A stretch of 64,000 nucleotides of DNA, taken from IMG/VR virus record IMGVR_UViG_3300035670_000024; one strand, written 5' to 3'. Source of the stretch: a virus. Both the position numbers and the translations under genes were made by a program. This document shows, piece by piece, positions 40,680 through 50,206 of this stretch; the stretch's first letter is position 1; every line of letters starts with the position of its first letter. The notes under the pieces were generated by a model. That model had not been told where the DNA came from and made no database searches. It worked only from the letters and a program-made list of their open reading frames with translations.

Positions 40680-41035
40680 ATTTTTCTTGGTCGGTAAACT
40701 ACTAATTCTTTTTCAGAGATTTGCTTTTGCCATTCAATGATATCACTTAATCGTTCAGTTGTAAAGAAGTCTTGTTTTAAATACCAATCATGCCATTTTT
40801 CATGACCTTTTGATTGATTGCAAGAATGACAAGCACACAGTACATTTGTGATTCTATCAGTTCCACCTTTAGATCTTGGTGTTATATGATCCAAGGTTAG
40901 ATTTTCAGTAGATCCGCAATATGCACATTCTCCCCAGTGATCTTTAATTGATTTTCTCCATTTTCGCTTTGCCTCACTAGAAGAAAATGTTTCAAGGTTA
41001 AACATACACTCTTCTGGAGTTGCGTATAGAGGCAT
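40676..41035 (-). CDS. HNH endonuclease (McrA-like)
   Basis: CAYCG..LTLDHITPRSKGG..NVLCACHSCNQSK. Confidence 0.88.
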   Translation of the reverse strand: MPLYATPEECMFNLETFSSSEAKRKWRKSIKDHWGECAYCGSTENLTLDHITPRSKGGTDRITNVLCACHSCNQSKGHEKWHDWYLKQDFFTTERLSDIIEWQKQISEKELVVYRPRKI

Positions 41036-41255
41036 ATGAAAAATGCGATTTTAATTATTTAGAATTTAGAATTATTTTTATAGTTTCCTTAAGTGTTATG
41101 TAAATATAAGAAAACTGTTCATAATAAGTGGTTCTGTATTTGCTCATAGTAACACAACTAAAGGAACTAAAAGTGTAAGAATTCCTATTATAAATCCCCC
41201 TACCTCATTCAGTAGGGGGCGCATACTATTAGGTTCCATAAAATATAATTTTATA

Positions 41256-41558
41256 TTATATATTCACAGGTTTCCCTTGACCTTGAGGAAGTGCTTTCTT
41301 ATTTGGTCGGGGATTAAGACTTTCATTCTTAATCACAATAAACTTATCTTTATTTAAAGTTCCAGCAACCTGAACTTCAAAAGTATCATCGCCAGTCCAT
41401 CCAAGGTCTTTCATAATCTGAAAAACATCTTTCATCACATAATTGTATTTGGTTTCTTCCTTTGAAGTTCGCATAAGGTCTTGAACTAATGACTTATGCA
41501 AATCATCAATATTCCTTTCGCCAGACCTATAAGGGTTTCCGTAAGTTTCTTTAGTCAT
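41256..41558 (-). CDS. Hypothetical protein
   Basis: ORF track. Confidence 0.55.
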   Translation of the reverse strand: MTKETYGNPYRSGERNIDDLHKSLVQDLMRTSKEETKYNYVMKDVFQIMKDLGWTGDDTFEVQVAGTLNKDKFIVIKNESLNPRPNKKALPQGQGKPVNI

Positions 41559-41607
41559 AAAAAATGAGAGGTTTGTCCTCTCATTTTAACAGATTTGTTA
41601 AGGAAAA

Positions 41608-42966
41608 TCAACCAGCATCATCATAGGAAAAATCATCATCATAACCAATTCCGTATTCAGGAATTTCTGGAAATTCAGTCATTAATTCTTGAGGAATTTC
41701 ATCAAAAGTAACATCGTCATCAAAGTTGTAAATATCTAAAGTAGGAGTTACAGGATTTTCTTCTAAAAATCTACTCACAAGTTCATCATAATTTCCAGAT
41801 GGAGTTTCATCATTTTCAGCGTTGTTATTTGGTCTTGAACCACCTGGAGCATCGTCATCTCCATTTCCCCATCCATTATCTCTTTGTGAATTTTGTCCCT
41901 GACCTCTTCCATCATCACTATCATTTTCATCATCAGAATTTTGGTTTCCGTTAGCATTTGATGGCCCATTTCCTTTAAATCCCGGTTGCTCTCCAATATC
42001 ATCTTCACCACCTTCCATAGGTCCAGAACCAGGAGTTTTATCTCCATTATTTCCAGAATTTCCAGTAATACCATCAAAAGGTGAGTTTCCTACATCCTTA
42101 TTGTTTCCTGGATTTTGACCTGATGGGTCTTCAGGTTCCTCAGGGTCTTCAGGTTCCTCAGGGTCTTCAGGTTCCTCAGGGTCTTCTGGGTCTTCAGGTT
42201 CTGGAGGAGCAGGAGGTTCTGGTTCCTCAGGGTCTTCTGGGTCTTCAGGTTCTGGAGGAGCAGGAGGTTCTGGTTCCTCAGGATCTTCAGGATCTGGTTC
42301 CTCAGGATCTTCAGGATCTTCTGGATCTTCAGGATCTGGTTCCTCAGGATCTTCAGGATCTTCTGGATCTTCAGGATCTGGTTCCTCAGGATCTTCAGGA
42401 TCTTCTGGATCTTCAGGATCTTCAGGATCTTCTGGATCTTCAGGAGCAGGAGGTTCTACAGGTGGTTCCTCAGGATCTTCAGGAGCAGGAGGTTCTACTG
42501 GTGGAGTAGGGGGAGTTGGTGCTGGTTCTTCAGGAACTTCATCTACAACTTCTTCATTCGGTTCCTGACTATCCACAGGATTATCGTTAGTATTATCAGG
42601 AATAGAACCAACATTAGATAGAGTTTGAACCCTAACATTTGGAGTTTCTGCTAGTGGAATTAATTCTAGTTCTTGAGAATTATCTTCTACTCCTTCTTCC
42701 TCAGGAGCAATTAAAAAGTCTCCAGTTCCACCATAAGTTTCAAGAGGTAAATCTGAAACTTGTCTGGTAGGAACTGGAGAAGTTGCGGAAACTTCACCAA
42801 TATTATTAGGATTAACTTCTAGTGTAGGTGTATTATCTTCGGCACCTCCCACAGGAGTATAACCTTCAAGATTTCGTAGTGCTGCGTTTGGATCGTGCTC
42901 TACAGCATCTTGTGATTGTAGAACATTCTTTTGCGTTTCTTCAAGAAATAGATTTTCTTCCATCAT
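41608..42966 (-). CDS. Highly acidic Pro/Glu/Asp repeat protein
   Basis: GGAG ribosome-binding site; (PED/PEE)n tract; Gly/Asn-rich segments. Confidence 0.75.
   Translation of the reverse strand: MMEENLFLEETQKNVLQSQDAVEHDPNAALRNLEGYTPVGGAEDNTPTLEVNPNNIGEVSATSPVPTRQVSDLPLETYGGTGDFLIAPEEEGVEDNSQELELIPLAETPNVRVQTLSNVGSIPDNTNDNPVDSQEPNEEVVDEVPEEPAPTPPTPPVEPPAPEDPEEPPVEPPAPEDPEDPEDPEDPEDPEDPEEPDPEDPEDPEDPEEPDPEDPEDPEDPEEPDPEDPEEPEPPAPPEPEDPEDPEEPEPPAPPEPEDPEDPEEPEDPEEPEDPEEPEDPSGQNPGNNKDVGNSPFDGITGNSGNNGDKTPGSGPMEGGEDDIGEQPGFKGNGPSNANGNQNSDDENDSDDGRGQGQNSQRDNGWGNGDDDAPGGSRPNNNAENDETPSGNYDELVSRFLEENPVTPTLDIYNFDDDVTFDEIPQELMTEFPEIPEYGIGYDDDFSYDDAG
42125..42500. repeat. Coding tandem repeats (9-nt units in higher-order blocks)
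   Basis: tcaggatct/tctggatct/tcaggttcc units; PEPPAPPEPEDPEDPEE block duplicated. Confidence 0.9.
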
Positions 42967-42996
42967 CTAATACTCCAAAATGGGGACATTGATTAT

Positions 42997-43896
42997 TTAT
43001 TTTACCACATTATTTTCGCCATCATTCTTTACAGTTCTGTCAGAACCTGAGAACTTATTGTCTCTAACGATGTTATTGTTTGCGAAATCACGGTCATCTA
43101 TACTACTACCTAACTTATGACCTTCATCAGCATTACAGTAGAAACGATTTCCATTACGAGCACCTAACCAAATACCATAATTGCCAATATGTAATCCTGA
43201 TAGATTAAAGTTATTATTTTCAATTACATTATACTGTGGTTCTTGGTGTCTAACGGTTCCACCTTCTCCGCAGTTGCGATAGAGATATACTCCACCACCT
43301 ACTGCGGTTTTAAAATCATTTCCAGAAATGGTATTATGTGCGGAACCATCTACTGCGATGACTTCACGAATTCTAAACTGACGAAGTGTAAAGTTTCCAC
43401 TTACATCAAAGGTATTGTTGTAAATGGTATTATAAGCACTCTCCGCATCCAAGTAAATCACAGATGAGTCAGTTGTTCCAGTAAACTTATTGTTTTCTAC
43501 AGTTGTTTTTGTAACACCAGGAGCAAGATAAACAGGAATTCTATTCATACCCTCAATGACCATATTGGAAATAATAACATTAGAAGGTGCTGCTGCCTGT
43601 ACTCTTTCGGTATGCCCTGCCTTATGTGAAGATTCTTTTACCTTTTCATCTTCACCATTCATTCCAAGACCATAAACCCGAATGGAACCCTTAAGTGAAC
43701 AGTTTTTAATTGTGATATTTTCTATATCAGAAATCACACGAATTTCTGTATTTTTTCCGTTGTTAAATTCTTTACCCTTACAGTCAATTGTTGTGTTACT
43801 CTTTGTAACCTTATGAATCTCATAGGGTTCAGGTTCTTGAGTACAAGATGCTGTTAGAAGTAGTGGTAGTAATGCCAGAAGATATTTCAGTTTCAT
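42997..43896 (-). CDS. Right-handed beta-helix protein with a lipoprotein-like signal peptide
   Basis: Probable start MKLKYLLALLPLLLTASC; repeated NTI.NN.F / NVIENNNF parallel-beta-helix motifs. Confidence 0.7.
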   Translation of the reverse strand: MKLKYLLALLPLLLTASCTQEPEPYEIHKVTKSNTTIDCKGKEFNNGKNTEIRVISDIENITIKNCSLKGSIRVYGLGMNGEDEKVKESSHKAGHTERVQAAAPSNVIISNMVIEGMNRIPVYLAPGVTKTTVENNKFTGTTDSSVIYLDAESAYNTIYNNTFDVSGNFTLRQFRIREVIAVDGSAHNTISGNDFKTAVGGGVYLYRNCGEGGTVRHQEPQYNVIENNNFNLSGLHIGNYGIWLGARNGNRFYCNADEGHKLGSSIDDRDFANNNIVRDNKFSGSDRTVKNDGENNVVK

Positions 43897-43980
43897 TTTT
43901 ACGAAAGTGTGGTTTCTTATATATTCCTGGCCAAGTTTCACGGAGTATTTCGGCAAGTTTATAAGGTGTTTCTGAACTAA

Positions 43981-44217
43981 TCATATTGACAGAGCATAAT
44001 CTAGTGCTTTCTTAGCAGATATTGATAATTTGATAATTTCATTTGATTTTAAGACAGAAAATCCCAGAAGGTCTCCTTCTGGGTCATCAGGTATTCCTAC
44101 TGGTTGAACGAAAAATAATCCAGCATGAGCAATACATTTCCATCCAATATCAACGAATCCAAGTTCTCTCAATGCACATTCAAGTTTAAGAGAATGACAT
44201 CCTTCTTGTAGTGTCAT
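43981..44217 (-). CDS. Hypothetical protein
   Basis: ORF track. Confidence 0.55.
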   Translation of the reverse strand: MTLQEGCHSLKLECALRELGFVDIGWKCIAHAGLFFVQPVGIPDDPEGDLLGFSVLKSNEIIKLSISAKKALDYALSI

Positions 44218-44341
44218 GTACGGTATCCCGAACTCAAATTTATTTATTTTTTAATCATCCGTCTGTTTTGGTTTTCCGTAGTTAAGACCCAACCAAATAA
44301 GATAAATGCCCATCAGAGAATTAATCCAATCAATTTCCATT

Positions 44342-44632
44342 TCAGAACCCTTTTGCTTTTTTATTCTTTGGTTGTTTCTTATCTAGCACTTCAACATAAT
44401 CTAGAAATTGTTTTGGAGTTTGAAACCAAGTCCTTTGGGTATCTTCAAAGTTATCAAACACTTCTGGTTTCTTCGTTGTATAATGAAGTTTATAATCGTG
44501 ACGAACATAAGGTTCATCAGAGGTTTGTGCGAATGTTTCGGGAAGCACTCGTTCTTCTGGGTCAAGTTTTCCAACCATCTTTGAAGTCTGCGAAGAGTTC
44601 TCTAGTCTAGCAGGAAGAGGGTTAAAAGTCAA
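44342..44632 (-). CDS. Hypothetical protein (probable true start MVGKLDPEE)
   Basis: ORF track; a TTGACT-17-TAGACT promoter overlaps the annotated 5' part. Confidence 0.55.
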   Translation of the reverse strand: MTFNPLPARLENSSQTSKMVGKLDPEERVLPETFAQTSDEPYVRHDYKLHYTTKKPEVFDNFEDTQRTWFQTPKQFLDYVEVLDKKQPKNKKAKGF

Positions 44633-44662
44633 GGGACAGAAGAAAGAGAATTACACCGAAAC

Positions 44663-45244
44663 CTATGAATAATGCGAGAGTGATAAACATTTGAGATTTT
44701 CTACTAATGTTTGGAGTTCTTGTAGGGATGCGTCACACTTTATCCAATTTGCTCTTGAGGATATTACCCAAATATTATCTGGAGTATATCCTTTTCCTGG
44801 AACTATCTGGTCTAAACTAGGATTTCTTGGGTCTCTTTTGTCGTTAGTAGATACAAGAGGTATTCCAAGCAAAGGGCAAGTTTCTGGAATAATAATATCA
44901 TCTATAGTTATAGTGAATGGTATTCCTTTTTTCTTTGCTCTGTGTTGAGCATTATGAAACATCTTATATCTTCTATCATCTTCTTTTTTAGTTCCAGGAG
45001 GTTTTGTTTTAGTTTTATTAAATGCTATTGTTTTTTCACTGGCAAAACATCCACAACTTGTAGTTTTACCGTTTAACAAACTAGTTCTATCGCATACTTT
45101 TGTTCCTCCACATTTACACTTACAAGTAGCAAATATTCTCTTTTTACCACTTCTAAAAATAACCTCTTCTTTTTCAACCAGCAATCTTCCAAAATTTTTA
45201 CCAACTAAATCTCCACAAGGTTTTGATTTACTATTTAGTGCCAT
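44663..45244 (-). CDS. Free-standing HNH-type homing endonuclease downstream of psbD
   Basis: LVGKNFGRLLV..CKCKCG..TTSCGC N-terminal module; CPLLG..PSLDQIVPGKGYTPDNIWVIS..ANWIK nuclease motif; TATAAATA at 45270-45277. Confidence 0.8.
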   Translation of the reverse strand: MALNSKSKPCGDLVGKNFGRLLVEKEEVIFRSGKKRIFATCKCKCGGTKVCDRTSLLNGKTTSCGCFASEKTIAFNKTKTKPPGTKKEDDRRYKMFHNAQHRAKKKGIPFTITIDDIIIPETCPLLGIPLVSTNDKRDPRNPSLDQIVPGKGYTPDNIWVISSRANWIKCDASLQELQTLVENLKCLSLSHYS

Positions 45245-45304
45245 TATCCTAACTACGAATATATATTATTATTTATATAATATCATAGTTAGGGCGATAA
45301 GTCA

Positions 45305-45329
45305 ATAAAAAAGACCCCGAAGGGTCTTG
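45305..45329 (-). terminator. psbD terminator
   Basis: AAGACCC-TTCG-GGGTCTT followed by a T-run. Confidence 0.8.
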
Positions 45330-45354
45330 CGTTTCCGCAGGGTATTATATTTTA

Positions 45355-46416
45355 TCACAAGGCATTTCCTCGTGGTAATACCTCTTCTGGTAGCACCAGA
45401 TTGAGATGTGGTTGGTCTACAGGTGCCATCCAAGCACGAAGTCCCTCATTAAGCAACTGGTTTTTCGTGTAGAAAGTTTCAAACTCACTGTCGTAAGCAG
45501 CACGGATTTCTTGAGACACAAAATCATATGCTCTAAAGTTTAAAGCAAGACCAATCATACCAATAGATGCCATCCAAAGACCCATAACGGGAACAAATAA
45601 CATAAAAAAGTGAAGCCAACGCTTATTGCTAAAAGCGATACCAAAGATTTGTGACCAGTAGCGGTTTGCCGTAACCATAGAGTAAGTTTCTTCCTCTTGT
45701 GTTGGTTCAAATGCCTTGAAGGTGTTTGCTTTTTCACCATCCTGATAAAGTGTATTCTCCACAGTAGCACCGTGAATAGCACAAAGTAAAGCACCACCTA
45801 GAATACCTGCCACCCCCATCATGTGAAACGGATTTAGCGTCCAGTTGTGGAAACCCTGAAGAAACAGTAGGAACCTGAAGATTGCTGCCACACCAAAGGA
45901 TGGAGCAAAGAACCAACTGGATTGACCCAGTGGATACATCAGGAATACAGAAACGAATACTGCGATAGGACCAGAGAATGCGATTGCGTTATAGGGTCTG
46001 ATGCCTACAAGACGGGCAATCTCAAACTGACGGAGCATAAAACCGATTAGAGCGAAAGCCCCGTGGAGTGCCACAAAAGGCCAGAGTCCCCCAAGTTGGA
46101 CCCACCTGACGAAATCCCCTTGAGCCTCAGGACCCCAGAGAAGCAGAAGAGAATGACCCATAGAATCTGCTGGAGTAGAAACTGCTGCAGTAAGAAAGTT
46201 TGCACCCTCCAAATAGGAACTTGCCAACCCGTGAGTATACCAACTCGTAACGAAAGTTGTCCCAGTAAGCCAACCACCAAGAGCAAGATAAGCAGTGGGA
46301 AAAAGAAGAAGTCCAGACCATCCAACAAAAACGAAACGGTCTCTCTTAAGCCAGTCGTCCAGAACATCAAACCACCCCCTTTGTTGATTTGGTAATGAAA
46401 GTGTAGATGAAACCAT
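45355..46416 (-). CDS. psbD: Photosystem II D2 protein
   Basis: [22 protein letters not shown]...[10 protein letters not shown]; start moved to the ATG at 46416 behind GGAGG (353 aa). Confidence 0.97.
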   Translation of the reverse strand: MVSSTLSLPNQQRGWFDVLDDWLKRDRFVFVGWSGLLLFPTAYLALGGWLTGTTFVTSWYTHGLASSYLEGANFLTAAVSTPADSMGHSLLLLWGPEAQGDFVRWVQLGGLWPFVALHGAFALIGFMLRQFEIARLVGIRPYNAIAFSGPIAVFVSVFLMYPLGQSSWFFAPSFGVAAIFRFLLFLQGFHNWTLNPFHMMGVAGILGGALLCAIHGATVENTLYQDGEKANTFKAFEPTQEEETYSMVTANRYWSQIFGIAFSNKRWLHFFMLFVPVMGLWMASIGMIGLALNFRAYDFVSQEIRAAYDSEFETFYTKNQLLNEGLRAWMAPVDQPHLNLVLPEEVLPRGNAL

Positions 46417-46469
46417 TAATCCTCCATTAAGATTTGTAATATTTATGTTAACATACCGTAACACAGAGG

Positions 46470-47075
46470 TCAATAGGTGTTAGTGCTTAATTTTTGATTT
46501 GCATATTCCACAATTTCTTGAATTGGTAATTCTTTTGTAAAATGTTCAGACCCACCAATTATACCATCAATCTTCTTTTGATAGTGCTTGTATGTATCTA
46601 GAATATATCGTTCACAATCAAACACTTCTTTATGAGTTGCTTTCCATTCACCAAGTTCTTTTATAGTTTCAGTAAACCTATATTTTATTCCGTGAAATGA
46701 CCTACCAATTTTATAAGTTCCATAGATTGTTTCTATGAAATATAAGTAATCTTCTCTGTCCGACCACTCTTCCTTAAAACCAAAAAATCCATAACTCTTT
46801 GATACTCCAACAGTTCCAGCATTCCAAGTTGGTTTTCCAAAGGCAGGATTATTTTTTCCAATTTTTGACTTTCTTTTACAGCAGAATGCTTCTCCACCTT
46901 TTTCATAAGTCACAATAAAGTTTCTTATACTCATATTTCTTATCCCAGTACAGGGGCAACTGACGACCACATCAGTAGAACGACGAACAAGTTTTTCTGG
47001 GAGATGTATAAGTTCTAATCCTCTCCGTTCACATTCAGTTATTACTAGATTATGTAAATCCATAATGTTGCTCAT
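46470..47075 (-). CDS. Free-standing GIY-YIG (T5orf172-like) endonuclease between psbA and psbD
   Basis: NUMOD3-like [13 protein letters not shown]; YLYFIE...YKIGRS; CERYIL; GSEHF; late promoter TATAAATA at 47087-47094. Confidence 0.7.
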   Translation of the reverse strand: MSNIMDLHNLVITECERRGLELIHLPEKLVRRSTDVVVSCPCTGIRNMSIRNFIVTYEKGGEAFCCKRKSKIGKNNPAFGKPTWNAGTVGVSKSYGFFGFKEEWSDREDYLYFIETIYGTYKIGRSFHGIKYRFTETIKELGEWKATHKEVFDCERYILDTYKHYQKKIDGIIGGSEHFTKELPIQEIVEYANQKLSTNTY

Positions 47076-47093
47076 AACTTTCCAATTATTTAT

Positions 47094-47120
47094 AAAAAAA
47101 GAGACCCTTTGGGGTCTCTT
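47094..47120 (-). terminator. psbA terminator
   Basis: GAGACCC-CAAA-GGGTCTC followed by T7. Confidence 0.8.
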
Positions 47121-47146
47121 AATTATACCACTATTCAGTTGTTAAA

Positions 47147-48484
47147 TCAACCGATTGAAGGTGCGGTGAGAGCAACGGGAGTTGCTTCAGCAGCAGCAAG
47201 GTCAAGTGGGAAGTTGTGCAATTGTGTTATCGTAAGAACTCTTTATTTCTTACTTCTTACTGTCGCCAGTAAGTTCAGACTATCTCTTCATCCTTATGGT
47301 TATTAAGGAGTCGGGCATTCGTGGGTAGATTATTGTTGGGACTCACTACCTAGTCGTTAGACCTTTCAGAAAACTTAAACCCTTTCTGACTTGGTACGGG
47401 ATTGTCTACTTGAGAGTTTCCCCGTTTAACCCGATTTTACTAATGCCTATTACTAGGCAAGAACACCAACAAATCTAGCGTTCCTTTCGTGCATCACCTC
47501 AAGCCCAAGTCCAGCACGATTCAGTACATCTGCCCAGGTATTGAGCACACGACCCTGACTATCAACGATTGACTGGTTAAAGTTGAAACCATTGAGATTG
47601 AAGGCCATCGTAGAAACACCAAGAGCAGTGAACCAGATGCCAACTACGGGCCAGGCAGCAAGGAAGAAGTGAAGTGAACGAGAGTTGTTGAATGAGGCAT
47701 ATTGGAAAATAAGGCGACCAAAATACCCGTGAGCAGCAACAATGTTATAAGTCTCTTCTTCTTGACCGAACTTGTAACCGTAGTTCTGTGACTCACTTTC
47801 AGTGGTCTCACGAACCAGTGAAGAAGTTACAAGAGAACCGTGCATCGCAGAGAACAGTGAACCACCGAACACACCAGCAACACCAAGCATATGAAAAGGG
47901 TGCATAAGGATGTTATGTTCTGCTTGGAATACAAGCATGAAGTTAAAGGTTCCAGAGATACCTAGAGGCATTCCGTCACTGAAGCTTCCTTGACCAAAAG
48001 GATAGACAAGGAATACAGCAGATGCTGCTGCAACTGGAGCACTATAAGCAACGCAAATCCAAGGACGCATACCTAGACGGTATGAAAGTTCCCATTCACG
48101 ACCGAGATAGCAGAAGACACCGATGAGGAAGTGGAAAACTACAAGTTGGTAAGGACCACCATTATAGAGCCATTCATCAAGTGAAGCAGCTTCCCAGATG
48201 GGATAGAAGTGTAGACCGATTGCATTGCTTGAAGGAACAACGGCACCAGAGATGATGTTGTTGCCATACATTAGAGAACCAGCAACTGGTTCACGAATAC
48301 CATCAATGTCCACAGGGGGAGCACCGATGAATGCAATGATGAAGCAAATAGTAGCAGCAAGAAGGGTAGGAATCATAAGAGTTCCGAACCAACCAACATA
48401 AAGACGATTGTTGGTGGAAGTAACCCACTCGCAGAATTGTTCCCAGGTATTTGTGGGACGTTGTTGTGAAATAGTAGCAGTCAT
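47147..48484 (-). CDS. psbA: Photosystem II D1 protein, two exons (48484-47477 and 47218-47147), 359 aa
   Basis: Exon 1 MTATISQQ...EVMHERNA (336 codons); exon 2 [23 protein letters not shown] restores the conserved C-terminus in frame. Confidence 0.97.
47219..47476 (-). mobile_element. Group I intron (258 nt, no ORF) in psbA between codons A336 and H337
   Basis: 5' exon ends in U; P1 AGGAACGCU/GGUGUUCUU with a U.G pair at the splice site; terminal G; P AAACGGGGAAAC, Q AATCCCGTACC, R TCTAACGACTAG, S AAGAGATAGTCT; P7 GACTA/TAGTC. Confidence 0.93.
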
Positions 48485-48499
48485 TTGTTTCGTTAAAGG

Positions 48500-48612
48500 G
48501 TAAATAAGAGTCCGGGGGTACGAACTGTTACAGATTATACTCCACACCACCCTCCAGTGTGGATATGAGAGACGGATTTTACTTGCCCATTAGTCTCGGT
48601 CGGGCAAGACAC
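48500..48612 (-). ncRNA. Structured psbA 5' leader, PhotoRC-II-like
   Basis: Hairpin CTTGCCC..GGGCAAG whose loop GAGAC can pair with downstream GTCTC; second hairpin TCCACAC..GTGTGGA. Confidence 0.6.
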
Positions 48613-48649
48613 CGAGTTCAGAATTGTTACATTCCTTAACCCGTTGATG

Positions 48650-48683
48650 TATTTATAATAACACTGTCAGGGTTTCCTGTCAA
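48650..48683 (-). promoter_or_regulatory. Overlapping early (sigma70-type) and late promoters of psbA
   Basis: TTGACA-17nt-TATTAT overlapping TATAAATA. Confidence 0.75.
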
Positions 48684-48758
48684 TAAGGACAATTACTCAG
48701 GTGTCCACCGATAAATAAGAACCTTTACAATCTAAATACTTCAAACCGCTTCTCATTT

Positions 48759-48956
48759 ATGCCAAGAGAGTGGAATACTCCAATCAGAGAACCTTGGAAT
48801 GCTCCGATACATAATATTCTAAAAGCAATTGATAATCACACTCAAGAATACTTCAAGAGTGGTGATACTTGGCATCTAGAAAAAGCAGAAACATTAAGAA
48901 AATATGTTTCAGAATTGAAGACTTGGATACATAAAGTAGAAAAGGAAAACCTATGA
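48759..48956 (+). CDS. Hypothetical protein
   Basis: ORF track; ATAAATA/CTAAATA late-like boxes upstream. Confidence 0.6.
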   Translation: MPREWNTPIREPWNAPIHNILKAIDNHTQEYFKSGDTWHLEKAETLRKYVSELKTWIHKVEKENL

Positions 48957-49204
48957 ATGATACTGTTTGGTCCGTAAATATTCTACTTATCTTTGGTTTA
49001 ATTACCGTATTATACTTTCTCTATTACATTCTCACCTTAGACCAAAATGAGGAAAAAACTTCTTCTCATTCTAATCCTAATGAGACTTCTGACGAATGAT
49101 GGAATGTTTCTAGAAAATAGAAGACCTCTGCCGAAGAAATTACCGGCAGAGGTCTTTAGGTTTATAAGGAGACCAGCGAAGAAAGGAAGAAAGTTACTTA
49201 AGTT

Positions 49205-50185
49205 TTAATCCTGATACTGATGAAGTTCAATAGGCATAACTCTAAATGACCATTGATCATTATCAGGATCACTTGAAGTATCTGCATATACTTCAATTTC
49301 ACTAGAACTACCATTCCAAGCAGCAGTAAATGTAATATGAGCAGTTAATCCAATTCCAGTGACTCTTCCAATTTCATTTATAAAAACTGAAGTTCCATTA
49401 TAAGGTCTTACAATTAAAAGTTCAGATAATTGGCAATTATTATTAGTTCCTTGACATTGAACCAAAAGTTTCATTGATCCAACTTCATTGTCATAAACCT
49501 TACTAGTATAAATTATGCTGCTTGATGCGACACCAATATAATCTGTTCTACCACTAGCAAGAGAATAATCATTATCAAAATCCAAACCCTGATTATAAAG
49601 GTTTATTCCATTTCCATCACAATAAAAACTAATTGAATATCTATCATACAAACCTGTCCCAAAAGACATTTCTCCATTATTTGAACTGGACTGAATTCGG
49701 ACATCTCCATTACCCAATACAGAAAAATAATTACTATCATCCCCTAAGAAAATATCACCTTTATAATAGTTATTAAGTGGGTCATAATAATTAGAAGTAG
49801 TACTTAAAGTTCCGGCAGTAATGTGAATATGTGGAGCATCATCAGCAACTGTTGGATATATATTTACATATTGTCCATTAGTAACAAATAATTGTCCAGA
49901 GTCTGGATTATCTAATGATGGAGTAAGTTGAATTGCTCCAAGTGCAAATTCATCATTAATATCGCCAATAATCCTTTCGCCAGAAAAAGTAATATTTCCA
50001 GTATTACCACCACCAGTTCCACCGATAGAAACACCACCAGGAGTTGTTCCATCCGATAGTTTTAAAACAGGAGATGGAGAATCAGGATCATAAAATACTT
50101 CTCCTTCATTTCCGACAAATTGAGAAGGATTTTGACCTCCGATTTTTTCTACAAGAACTCTATAGGTTGTATTCGGTATAGACAT
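49205..50185 (-). CDS. Hypothetical protein, probably virion-associated
   Basis: FVGNEGEVFYDP..LKLSDGTTPGG N-terminal motif; late-like CTAAAAA/ATAAATA upstream. Confidence 0.55.
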   Translation of the reverse strand: MSIPNTTYRVLVEKIGGQNPSQFVGNEGEVFYDPDSPSPVLKLSDGTTPGGVSIGGTGGGNTGNITFSGERIIGDINDEFALGAIQLTPSLDNPDSGQLFVTNGQYVNIYPTVADDAPHIHITAGTLSTTSNYYDPLNNYYKGDIFLGDDSNYFSVLGNGDVRIQSSSNNGEMSFGTGLYDRYSISFYCDGNGINLYNQGLDFDNDYSLASGRTDYIGVASSSIIYTSKVYDNEVGSMKLLVQCQGTNNNCQLSELLIVRPYNGTSVFINEIGRVTGIGLTAHITFTAAWNGSSSEIEVYADTSSDPDNDQWSFRVMPIELHQYQD

Positions 50186-50206
50186 ATTATTATGTTTTTT
50201 AGTTAT

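Noticed and set aside
42125-42500. CRISPR-like array
   Set aside because: These are in-frame 9-nt coding repeats with no unique spacers. The plus-strand ORF 42081-42509 is their antisense shadow.
47453-48550. psbA as a truncated gene ending ...[12 protein letters not shown]
   Set aside because: The tail is read-through into the group I intron. Exon 2 at 47218-47147 restores the normal C-terminus, and the true start is 48484.
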